Below, piece after piece: positions 10,641-20,385 of a stretch of 36,952 nt of DNA; position 1 is the stretch's first letter; each line of letters opens with the position of its first letter. The DNA lies in assembly GCA_012862495.1 (NCBI GenBank), contig BLSG01000297.1, positions 1 through 36,952 on the forward strand, read 5' to 3'. This stretch comes from Thraustochytrium aureum. Taxonomy: Eukaryota. A program made the position numbers and the translations under genes. The notes beneath the pieces are model-generated. The model was not told where the DNA came from. It saw nothing but the letters and a program-made list of their open reading frames with translations, and made no database searches.

Positions 10641-12133
10641 ATGAGCAGGCTGTACCCAGGATGGGGGTCGGGCAAGCAAGTGTACGAGGAGTCCTTTAGC
10701 GTCTACTCGCTTGCCTGCCTCGGGCGCGAGGACATGGAGGGCGGAGACAAGGTAATCATGTCGCAGTCCACGTTTCGCAAAGTCTCGCGGATGAAGCTGC
10801 CCTTCCCCCTGACCTTTCACGTAACAAACCCCAAGCTCGCAAAGCCAGGCGCCCAGGCCGGGGGAAAGCCAGGCGCCGCATCGCGTCGCGCGCCGCCGAC
10901 TGGGGCTCGAGGACCAGGAGCGGGCGATGCAAACAACAACGGCAAACCTTCTCGCAAAATCCCCACAGAGGACGGCGGAAAGCCGCGAAAGGAGACCGTC
11001 CAGCAGTACTGTGGCGTACTCGAATTCTCTGCACCCGAAGAAAAGGTGTTCATGCCGTACTGGATGATGCAAAATCTACGCGTCAAGGAGGGCCAAAAGG
11101 TCAACATGAAGTCGGTGCCAAGCGGGACGCTTCCGAAGGGGACCTTGTGCCGTCTGCAGCCGCACACTACCGCATTTCTGGATCTGGCCGCTAGCATGGA
11201 CCTGCGCGAGCTTCTTGAGCACTCCTTCAGCAACTACTCGGTGTTGAGCAAGGGCGAGACGATTGTCGTGCATTTTGCCGGGGAGAAGTATCGTATCAAC
11301 GTAGTCGATACGCAGCCGGAGGCGGCCATCTCTCTGTACGGCAGCCTCGATCTCGAGGTGGACTTTGCACCGCCTCTTGACCAGCCAGACGTCGGCAAGC
11401 TTCGGCCGTCGTCGCGCGAGAACCGAGCACAAGCGGGGGCGCAGAGCAACGACCCCGCCACAGCGCAGGCCGCCGCCACGAGCGCTGCACCCAACAACAT
11501 CATGAGCTTTCAAGAGGTGATGCAGTTCATGGAGCAGCGCGAAAAGGGCGGCGACCAACAGCCCGCCAGCCAGAACCAAGTCCCGTCGCCAAAGGCCGCG
11601 AAAGTGGTTGGTGGCCACTCGTGGGGCCGTGGCCAGAGCCTGAACGGGAGCACAGTCGTCGACTCGTCCGACGCAGCAGCTGCCAACGCGCAGCCGCCCA
11701 AACAGGAGGGCGTGGCTCAGCCCCCGATCTCCGGGCGCGCCGGCGCAACCCGACAAAGTTCGCTTCGCGGACTGCTGGCGCCTCCTTTGTTGGTGACGGC
11801 GCCGCAATAGCCCCGAGCGCACAAACGGCAACGTCCGCCGAGGGGGCTTTCGCTGGCGCGCAAGATGCGGGCCTCGCAACGCCGAATCCGGGGCTAGGTA
11901 CGGGACTCTCGGTATTCACCGGATCTGGGAGGGCTTTGTCGGGCGGCGGCGCTGGAAAGACAACGCCCACAGCCGCCGCTGCCACGGACCCGAAGGCCGC
12001 AATGCGGGAGCGCCGGCTCAGGTTCCTTGAAAACCTGGAAAAGCAAAAGCAACAGGCGAGCGGCGGCGAGGCCGTGGAACCCGTCGCCGCGGTCGGCTCT
12101 GGGCTCAATGCGATTCGAAAGGCCAAAAAGTGA
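10641..12133 (+). CDS. UFD1: Ubiquitin fusion degradation protein 1 (UFD1)-like p97/Cdc48 cofactor; frameshift near 11721-11760
   Basis: UT3 motifs EGGDKVIM, YCGVLEFSA.E.KVFMPYWMMQNL, LPKGT..RLQPH...FLD and LEVDFAPP. The shifted frame (ORF 11621..12133) carries the SHP-box-like VFTGSGRALSG. Adding one C to ccccc at 11721-11725 joins the two frames. May be a paralogue rather than the main UFD1. Confidence 0.85.
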
Positions 12134-13394
12134 AGCACGCGCTTATTTTGATGATCCGTACAGTATGTAGTTGGGTTTTTAACGAGGTCACTTTATGCGT
12201 TCCAAGCTCGAAAAGTTCTTGAAGAATCCCGAAGATGGGCTGGCGCCCGCAGTGNNNNNNNNNNNNNNNNNNNNNNNNNNNNNNNNNNNNNNNNNNNNNN
12301 NNNNNNNNNNNNNNNNNNNNNNNNNNNNNNNNNNNNNNNNNNNNNNNNNNNNNNNNNNNNNNNNNNNNNNNNNNNNNNNNNNNNNNNNNNNNNNNNNNNN
12401 NNNNNNNNNNNNNNNNNNNNNNNNNNNNNNNNNNNNNNNNNNNNNNNNNNNNNNNNNNNNNNNNNNNNNNNNNNNNNNNNNNNNNNNNNNNNNNNNNNNN
12501 NNNNNNNNNNNNNNNNNNNNNNNNNNNNNNNNNNNNNNNNNNNNNNNNNNNNNNNNNNNNNNNNNNNNNNNNNNNNNNNNNNNNNNNNNNNNNNNNNNNN
12601 NNNNNNNNNNNNNNNNNNNNNNNNNNNNNNNNNNNNNNNNNNNNNNNNNNNNNNNNNNNNNNNNNNNNNNNNNNNNNNNNNNNNNNNNNNNNNNNNNNNN
12701 NNNNNNNNNNNNNNNTGCGGTGGGCACGACAGGGGCCGCATGACGTCGACGCAGTCCGGGCGCAACCGGCAGACTGCGCGGCACTCCCCCGGCGACTAGT
12801 ACAGGCCATTCGCGGTATCAAAAGACCCACCCACCCCGGGGCGGCGGGTGGTTCGGAAACGACCGAGGGAACGGCAGCGCAACAGGCGCGGGACAACAGA
12901 GGTAACCAACGGACGGTAGCGACGACATCAAGGGATTCGATCCGTACGTGGGAAACCCGTATCGGCCAAAGGCGCAGATATGGGTTCAGCACTTGGGCGG
13001 TAGCGGCTACTTTAACGTCAGGTTGCGTGCATGGCACACGGCCCCCAAGTGGGCCGCCTACAAGACCTTCAAGCAATGGTATCCCTAGACCCGAAAAAGC
13101 CGCCGACGCCATCTCGCAAGGGCGCCTGGGCAGTCCGCGAGATCTCAACGGCCCCCCGCTCATAGTTGCCCTGAAGCGGCCCGCGTAGACGCAGGGCAGC
13201 GCGCGCCAACCTCCCCGCATGGGCTTGCAAGGGCCCTCCGGGTCCGCCAGGGAATGGCAACGACATAGCATGTTCCATGGTGGTGTTACTGGGCTAACGA
13301 CACCAACGCGAGCCTGTCCTAACTTGGCCGCTTGCCCTGGCCGGTCCAGCACGTGACCGGCTCACCGAGTCAAAGCCCGAGACTCCCCGATCGA

Positions 13395-14714
13395 TCACGG
13401 AGCCCCTGCTGCAGGCCGCGCAGCGCTGCCCGCCCCAGAGGGCTGGCCCACGGCACCCGCACCGTGACCAAAAACGTCTCCCTTGCTAAGCTGTTGCTTG
13501 AGGTTCTCAATTTTCAAGTTGGCCTCTCGGAGCTGTTGCTTGGTGTCCTTGAGCTGTTTGTTGAGGAGAAAGTTGCGCATCTTGAGCGCGTCGTACTCCG
13601 TGACCAGGTCAATCGTGTTCGAGTTGAGCTCGTTCACAAGCTCCTGCAAGCGTGATGTGCTCGCGTTTGAAGGCACATAAACTTTGGCTGGCGTGCCGAG
13701 CCCAACTCCACCGCCTTGGGCTCCAGCGGCACCGAAAGTGGTGCCGCTCGCAGATGTCTGCACGCTCCCGGCAGTGCCTTGGCTCCCTGCGCTGCCCTTT
13801 CGCGCCTCTATTGTGCCATTCGCTCCAATGGGGTCGGCGCCTTGCACGGGTGCATGAGCGGGCCCGGAGGCCCCGTCAGCAGCAACCATGTGACCCGGCC
13901 CTGCTTCATAGGGCCCGCCCGCCGAGGGATCTGCGTCGGCAGGCGGAGGCGTCACGGCCTGCGCATACGTCCGCACCGGCCTGCCGGAGCTCGGGGGCGA
14001 GGGCTGGCGCTCGGCCCTGGCTCCAACGCCCACGGGTGCTTGTGCTCGCTGCCCGGACAGCTCGAGCAGCATTTTGTGCAGCTTTCTGTTCTGGGCCGAA
14101 ATTTTTTGCAGCTCGAAAAGCACTGTGCTCTGCGTTGGTTTGCGTGGAGCACCAGACTGGCGCACTGCGGCCGCGGCCGCGGCCGCAGCAGCTGCTGCTG
14201 CCGCCCCAGCACTGGGAGGAAATGCAGCGGATGCTGATCCGAGCGGGGTCGCGTAGGGCACAGCCGCGACGCTGTCTCCAGGCTGCGACAGGGCCATACT
14301 CGCGGTTTCCTGCACGAGCCCAAAGTCGCTTCCATGTCCGAACGCGGGCATTGGTGACGGGGCAAGGTTCTTGTGCTGGTCGTACGTGGAGAGAAACGAG
14401 TCCTGTCGCAGCATATTTGCTGTCGACGCTGAGGTGGCCATCGAAGCCAAGCTGGACATAGAAGTCCGATTTTGTGTCTCCGCATCGCCGTCCGACTCCT
14501 CGCCTGGGGAGTCGTCGTCAAGGTTGTCCGAGTCGACGCGCACGGTGGAGATCACGAAACGACCTTTCTTGCGCACGTCCACTGAGTTTGGCAGCGTCGC
14601 GGCAGGCGTGCTGATGCCGGCGTCGCTCCCGGCGTCGTCGAGTCCGTTCTGCACGTCGTCTCGCGTGACCCAGAACCTGCCCTTCCTCACGCCGCCCGAA
14701 TGGGCCGTTTCGCT
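13395..14714 (-). CDS. C-terminal part (5' end in gap) of an RFxV/I-motif coiled-coil protein resembling the tail of FRAY/OSR1-like STE20 kinases
   Basis: Open from the gap edge to TGA. Contains RKGRFWVT and KKGRFVIS, a helix TVLFELQKISAQNRKLHKMLLEL, and a terminal coiled coil LVTEYDALKMRNFLLNKQLKDTKQQLREANLKIENLKQQL. No kinase domain is visible. Confidence 0.7.
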   Translation of the reverse strand, partial: SETAHSGGVRKGRFWVTRDDVQNGLDDAGSDAGISTPAATLPNSVDVRKKGRFVISTVRVDSDNLDDDSPGEESDGDAETQNRTSMSSLASMATSASTANMLRQDSFLSTYDQHKNLAPSPMPAFGHGSDFGLVQETASMALSQPGDSVAAVPYATPLGSASAAFPPSAGAAAAAAAAAAAAAVRQSGAPRKPTQSTVLFELQKISAQNRKLHKMLLELSGQRAQAPVGVGARAERQPSPPSSGRPVRTYAQAVTPPPADADPSAGGPYEAGPGHMVAADGASGPAHAPVQGADPIGANGTIEARKGSAGSQGTAGSVQTSASGTTFGAAGAQGGGVGLGTPAKVYVPSNASTSRLQELVNELNSNTIDLVTEYDALKMRNFLLNKQLKDTKQQLREANLKIENLKQQLSKGDVFGHGAGAVGQPSGAGSAARPAAGAP

Positions 14715-15490
14715 NNNNNNNNNNNNNNNNNNNNNNNNNNNNNNNNNNNNNNNNNNNNNNNNNNNNNNNNNNNNNNNNNNNNNNNNNNNNNNNNNNNNNN
14801 NNNNNNNNNNNNNNNNNNNNNNNNNNNNNNNNNNNNNNNNNNNNNNNNNNNNNNNNNNNNNNNNNNNNNNNNNNNNNNNNNNNNNNNNNNNNNNNNNNNN
14901 NNNNNNNNNNNNNNNNNNNNNNNNNNNNNNNNNNNNNNNNNNNNNNNNNNNNNNNNNNNNNNNNNNNNNNNNNNNNNNNNNNNNNNNNNNNNNNNNNNNN
15001 NNNNNNNNNNNNNNNNNNNNNNNNNNNNNNNNNNNNNNNNNNNNNNNNNNNNNNNNNNNNNNNNNNNNNNNNNNNNNNNNNNNNNNNNNNNNNNNNNNNN
15101 NNNNNNNNNNNNNNNNNNNNNNNNNNNNNNNNNNNNNNNNNNNNNNNNNNNNNNNNNNNNNNNNNNNNNNNNNNNNNNNNNNNNNNNNNNNNNNNNNNNN
15201 NNNNNNNNNNNNNNNNNNNNNNNNNNNNNNNNNNNNNNNNNNNNNNNNNNNNNNNNNNNNNNNNNNNNNNNNNNNNNNNNNNNNNNNNNNNNNNNNNNNN
15301 NNNNNNNNNNNNNNNNNNNNNNNNNNNNNNNNNNNNNNNNNNNNNNNNNNNNNNNNNNNNNNNNNNNNNNNNNNNNNNNNNNNNNNNNNNNNNNNNNNNN
15401 NNNNNNNNNNNNNNNNNNNNNNNNNNNNNNNNNNNNNNNNNNNNNNGGTGCCGTGCGCGCAGGCTTGCCACGTCCGGCAGGCCCGCAGCC

Positions 15491-17293
15491 ATGAACGCCG
15501 CGAAGGCGCTCAAAAGCGGCGGGCGCGGAGCTGGGAAATTGGGCTTGAAGGCCGCCGCGAGGCAGATGGGGATCGATCCCGCTCTGCTCGGACAGAGCGC
15601 GGAAGGGTTTTGGGAGATGCTGAACGACATGGCAGAGAATAATCCTGAGGAGTACAAGGCGTACATTGACGAGCAAATGGCGCTGGCCAAGGCGGAGGAG
15701 GAGGGGCAACAGCGCAAGGGGTTTCGCCCGCAGGCCGGGTTCGTTGCACGGACCCACTTTCTGGACATCGGGCGCGCGGTATTCGTCAACATGTGCAGCT
15801 TCAAAGGCGTGGAGATGCCCGTCGACGCCGCCGGTCAGCCTGTCTGTGGCGACGCCAAGGTCAATCTCGCGGGCCTCAATATCCCCCTGGCCATCGGACC
15901 CCTGCGCGAGGTCGTTGACGAGAGCGGTAACCCCGGCTTTGCCATCGACGCGGTGTTCAACCCGTGGGTGATCGAGCAAGCGCGCGAGTACTCGACGTTT
16001 CGGGCGCAGGTCACCGAGCTCGCGCTGACCTGGTGCGAAAAGGACCTGCGTGGCAAAGTCTCGCGCAAATTCACTGACGCTCGAGGCGTCAGCTACTTTG
16101 GGTTCGAGGCCGCCGTTGATGGCGGCCCGGCCGACATGGTGGCCTTTTTCCCCGTGGGAGGGGAAGGCGAAGACCCAGCGAGCCCTGACCCAGCTCTGGA
16201 GGCTGCCGCTTTGCGCGCGAAAACTCCGCTCGCGCCAGAGCCGCTTCTAGAGCGACCGCAGGACCTCCTTGGGGCAATGCGGCAGCAACAAGAGCAGCAG
16301 GAGGCGCGGCCAGAGCTTGGGCCGGAGCACTCAGGGTCCTTGCTCAGCGCTCTCATGCAGGCTAGGCCGCAGGCGGCGCGACCTGCTAGTACGAATCCTG
16401 GGCTGCAATCTACCGAGGCTTCGAGTCAAGCTGCCCCCCGCCGCCTCGTCGAGGAAATACAGCCTGCATCAAGCAAAAAAGATCAGCACCCTGTCGCAAA
16501 GGCTGCCCCGCGCAGCGGCAAGAGCGTCGTGAAAAAGGGCTTCCTGCACCGCCCTGGAAACGAGGCCTTGTACCCGGATGGAACCAAGGAGGGTGCCCCG
16601 ACGAGTATATACCAAAAGTCTACAATTGTCGACCTCAACACCATGTCGGAGGACGAGGCCAGGAAGGTCATGGAGGCGCACGCCAGCGGCCCCGCCTCGC
16701 AGCCCGCTCCGAGGCAAGCGCGAGCGCAAGCCAAGCCACCCTCTGCTGCTGCCGATATTTTGAGTGAGGCGCTTAAAGGCCTCTCTGTCAAGGAGCGGGA
16801 CGCTTTCGCACAGCTGGCCGAAGCCGCAGACGACGAGTTCGGGGCCAGCAACGTCGTTGGCGGCGAGGCACCCCAGGACGCGTTTTCAAACCTCTTTGGT
16901 GATATGGCCAAAGCGATGGGTGCCATGGGCCTGGGTCCTGCGGTCGCGCCTCCAAAGCCGCTTCCTGCGGCGCAAAGCGGCGTCGAATCGTCCCCGGACC
17001 AACACGTAGCTGCCGCGCCGGCCCAACCCCCTTCCAAGCCGCGACCCGCTGCCGAAGTGCGGTACCCGGACCCAAAGGGGCTCGTCGTCACGATCCACGT
17101 CCCGCTAGTCTCTAGCCTCGCCGATGTGGACGTGGAAATCTCCGAGGCCAAAGTCCGCGTCCTCGCAAACGCCACGTACGCAGAGACCTCCGTGCAGCTG
17201 CCCGTCCGCATCGACCGAGACAGCGCGAGGGCCAAGTTTAGCACCAAGACCGGCAAGCTGACCATACTCGCGAGGCCCGCTGCCAGCAGCTGA
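15491..17293 (+). CDS. PIH1-domain protein (PIH1D2-like) with C-terminal CS domain; R2TP-type co-chaperone/dynein assembly family
   Basis: FWEMLNDMAENNPEEYKAYIDEQM (PIH1D2-like N-terminus), PQAGFV, VFVNMCS, IPLAIGPLREVVDESG...IDAVFNP. C-terminal LVVTIHVPLVSSLADVDVEIS...VQLPVRIDRDSARAKFSTKTGKLTI is CS-like. Confidence 0.85.
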   Translation: MNAAKALKSGGRGAGKLGLKAAARQMGIDPALLGQSAEGFWEMLNDMAENNPEEYKAYIDEQMALAKAEEEGQQRKGFRPQAGFVARTHFLDIGRAVFVNMCSFKGVEMPVDAAGQPVCGDAKVNLAGLNIPLAIGPLREVVDESGNPGFAIDAVFNPWVIEQAREYSTFRAQVTELALTWCEKDLRGKVSRKFTDARGVSYFGFEAAVDGGPADMVAFFPVGGEGEDPASPDPALEAAALRAKTPLAPEPLLERPQDLLGAMRQQQEQQEARPELGPEHSGSLLSALMQARPQAARPASTNPGLQSTEASSQAAPRRLVEEIQPASSKKDQHPVAKAAPRSGKSVVKKGFLHRPGNEALYPDGTKEGAPTSIYQKSTIVDLNTMSEDEARKVMEAHASGPASQPAPRQARAQAKPPSAAADILSEALKGLSVKERDAFAQLAEAADDEFGASNVVGGEAPQDAFSNLFGDMAKAMGAMGLGPAVAPPKPLPAAQSGVESSPDQHVAAAPAQPPSKPRPAAEVRYPDPKGLVVTIHVPLVSSLADVDVEISEAKVRVLANATYAETSVQLPVRIDRDSARAKFSTKTGKLTILARPAASS

Positions 17294-18121
17294 GCCCACT
17301 CTCCCAGCCCAAGCCAGCGTCCGCAAAGCCCGGGGCTTTCGCGACCTAGCGGCTGCGCTGCGAGCCGCAAGCGTGGGCGCGCCTCGCTCGACCTCCAACC
17401 GCCTGCAATAGTCAGCGTCCTCCACGCCCACCTAGGGCCAACTCCTCCAGCATTTGGGCTGCTCCGCTCGCAGCATCCACCGGCAGCCAGCCTCCGGCGC
17501 CGCCACCAGGAGCGCATCAACGGCACTCGAGCTACGCCGGCCCACGGACGTGGCGGAGGACCCGAAGCAGCTAGCACCCATCCTTGCTTGCCACCGAGTA
17601 ATTAAATTCGCTTCTCGAGAGCAGCATGTCCGCCTGCGTCGTCGAGGCGTCGCCGCGCGCGCAGCTGCAGGGCCGCCAGAGGCAGGCGGGCGGGGCGAGG
17701 CTCTAGCGACGCGGACCACGTCAAGGCCCTTTCCACGCGGATATGCCTTGTACCCTTGCTTGCCACCAAGTGCGCGATCGCCAGGACCGCACCCACGTTG
17801 TCCGAGTTCACAGGCCGCGCCTGCGCGCCGCCAGGAGCGGCAGCGAGAGCCGAAGCCCGACGCGGACCCCGCCAAGTTGACCTTCAGCGAAGTAGAAGAC
17901 AAAACAGCGAACAGACGACTATCTATCTATCTATCCTCCCGCGGCGCGACGCGTCTCGAGAGTGGCTTTCGTGCCCAGGCCTCGCTGCGCGCGCAGCTGC
18001 AGAGTCGCGGCAGCCAGCAGAAGACCCCGCTTCTTGCGCCCTGAAGTCGCAGGCGCCTGGCCCGAGGCCAGCCTCGTCGCTGGCGTGCACGGCGCGCGGG
18101 AAAGGGTGACGGTGTGCCGGG

Positions 18122-18918
18122 ATGGACGCCGCCGCGCTGGATCAAGTGCGGCGCGCCGCGGCGGCTGTTAGGGAGATGCTCGGGAACACGGCCGAGGCGC
18201 TCGGACACGGCGCTCTCGAGCTCGTGGAGGCGTGCGAGGCTGCCGAGGCGGCAAGGGGTGTAGCACTCAGCAACTCGACGGCAGCGTGCGAGGAGATGGC
18301 TGACGTGTTCGCGGCTCAGCTGCTCGCATACTGCCTGGAGGGCGAGCCTATCAACGCAAAGTTTCTCTGGCTGCGGCTCGACAACGAGACTGCCAAGAGC
18401 AACAGCGAGGTACAACGCGCGTACGCTGTGGCGCGCGCGCTTCTGGACAGCGATTCCGCACTGTTTTTACTGTGGCACGGGAGCAGCCCTGGCCGCCTCT
18501 GCTCGATGGCCTCGTGCAGGCTCTGGTCGATCAAGTGCGCGCCAAGCAGTTGCAACTCCTTGCGAGCCTGTTTCGGGGAGCCGTTCCGCTCGACCGAGTC
18601 GTCTTGGCCACTGGTTTGGAAACTGCGCTTGCCATCGAGCATTGCAAGGCTTTGGGCTGGACAGAGCCGACAATGACAGACGACTCTGCCGGCGAGGCTC
18701 TCGTGGCGCCCACCAGGCCTACGAGCCATGGGCCGTCGCCGATCGACCCTGCCAAAGTGCGCCTCCTCGCTCACAAGGTAGCTTTGTTGGAGCGCCGTCT
18801 CTGCACGAGCGTCGTCGACATCATCGCTGCCGAAAAGGCCAGGGATCCTAGCCAGCGCGCCGCTGCAGGTGGGCCGCGAGCTCGTGAAACCGCGGGCGAC
18901 AACCAGCAGCAAGCATAA
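18122..18918 (+). CDS. CSN8: COP9 signalosome subunit 8-like (CSN8/PSMD8/eIF3K PCI family); frameshift at 18464-18468
   Basis: AQLLAYCLEGEPINAKFLWLRL...EVQRAYAVARALL. Adding one T to ttttt continues into FTVAREQPWPPLLDGLVQALVDQVRAKQLQLLASLF...TGL...AIEHCKALGW, matching the CSN8 pattern. Confidence 0.75.
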
Positions 18919-18947
18919 ATGCAACTGCCTGGAGCAAACCCACTAAG

Positions 18948-19475
18948 CTATCTATCTACTACCTGCCTATCCGCCCAATGCATGCGGTCACCGTAGCCGA
19001 CAGCGGCACAGCGCGCGCGCTGGGCGTCCCCGCTGCTACTCGTGCCGTTGACCGAATGAATCCGCGAGCGCTTGGGAGCACAACCAGGACCTTTCGGAAG
19101 AAACCGAAGACGAAGGCCGGATCGATCCCGCCAGGCGAGCTGAAGACGTTCGAGTTGGCACGCCTGTATCGACTCGCGACGCTGATGGGTTTGTTCCAAT
19201 TGATCGCCCCAGACTTGATCGAACAGAGAATGCTCGTTTCGCCTCGTTGCTTGTCCTCGAAACCCATACCGAAACGTTTTCACGGCCCACCAAGCGCCAA
19301 GAAACCCGCCGACCACGAGCAACCCCACGAGTACTTCTACGTACAAATCACGAAGGAGCGTCCGCGCTGTATTCCCAACGAGACGTTTTGCAGCGTTTCT
19401 TCCACTGGGCAAACCTCCGGCGATCCTGACGCGTGCAGAGCGATCTCGTTGCGCGTCCCGTCGATGTCCTATCAT
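18948..19475 (-). CDS. Possible small single-pass membrane protein; start uncertain
   Basis: Hydrophobic stretch LYVEVLVGLLVVGGFLGAWWAV in ORF 18948..19568, convergent with CSN8. No family recognised, and a competing + strand ORF exists. Confidence 0.3.
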   Translation of the reverse strand: MIGHRRDAQRDRSARVRIAGGLPSGRNAAKRLVGNTARTLLRDLYVEVLVGLLVVGGFLGAWWAVKTFRYGFRGQATRRNEHSLFDQVWGDQLEQTHQRRESIQACQLERLQLAWRDRSGLRLRFLPKGPGCAPKRSRIHSVNGTSSSGDAQRARCAAVGYGDRMHWADRQVVDR

Positions 19476-20385
19476 TTGTCCGGTCCTCACCTTTCTCGCC
19501 CAGCGTGGGCTTTGGCCCTTTTGGGTGCGCGAGTTGGGCAACGAACGACCCACGCCGTCCCGAAACACACGAGTCCTCTTCCTTCCAAGTCCTCATTGAT
19601 CATCATTTCGATCAATCAAGACCGCCGACCAACATCGACCATCCATCCGTCTCATCGCCACTCCGCGCACAGCCAGCCCGGGCCAGCCCGCCAGCCAGCC
19701 AGCCAGCCTCGCAGAGATACAGAGCTGGCCGTCCAGTTCCTGGACTGAGAGCCCTGGTTGCCCCGAGCAGCGCTGCCCGGGGTCTTGCCGGTGGACGCGA
19801 CCGTCGCGCCAGTGGTACTGCGAGAAAGTGAACGTTGGCAGACACTGTCCTCTCTTGGCGGTCAGTCCGGACCGGGCGGCGGCCTCCTGCATTCATCAGC
19901 AGTGAGCGTCGCTTCGGCATTCAGCGTCAGGCAAGCGTCAACAAGCGCTTGCGGCGAAGCCAAGCGCGGACGAAAGGGAAAACGCAGCAAGCGACCGCAG
20001 TCTCCATCTCGATACAGAGGAGTAGAATACATCCGTCGCATCGAGTCGCGGTCCGGCGCGGCAAAAGGCAAGGGCGGCTCGGGCGAGGCGGCAGACCCGC
20101 ATAGCCGTGCAGCGGAACGTACACAGGCAGCAACAACCGGCGCGATACGAAAACCAGCAAAACCCGGGCTNNNNNNNNNNNNNNNNNNNNNNNNNNNNNN
20201 NNNNNNNNNNNNNNNNNNNNNNNNNNNNNNNNNNNNNNNNNNNNNNNNNNNNNNNNNNNNNNNNNNNNNNNNNNNNNNNNNNNNNNNNNNNNNNNNNNNN
20301 NNNNNNNNNNNNNNNNNNNNNNNNNNNNNNNNNNNNNNNNNNNNNNNNNNNNNNNNNNNNNNNNNNNNNNNNNNNNNNNNNNNNN

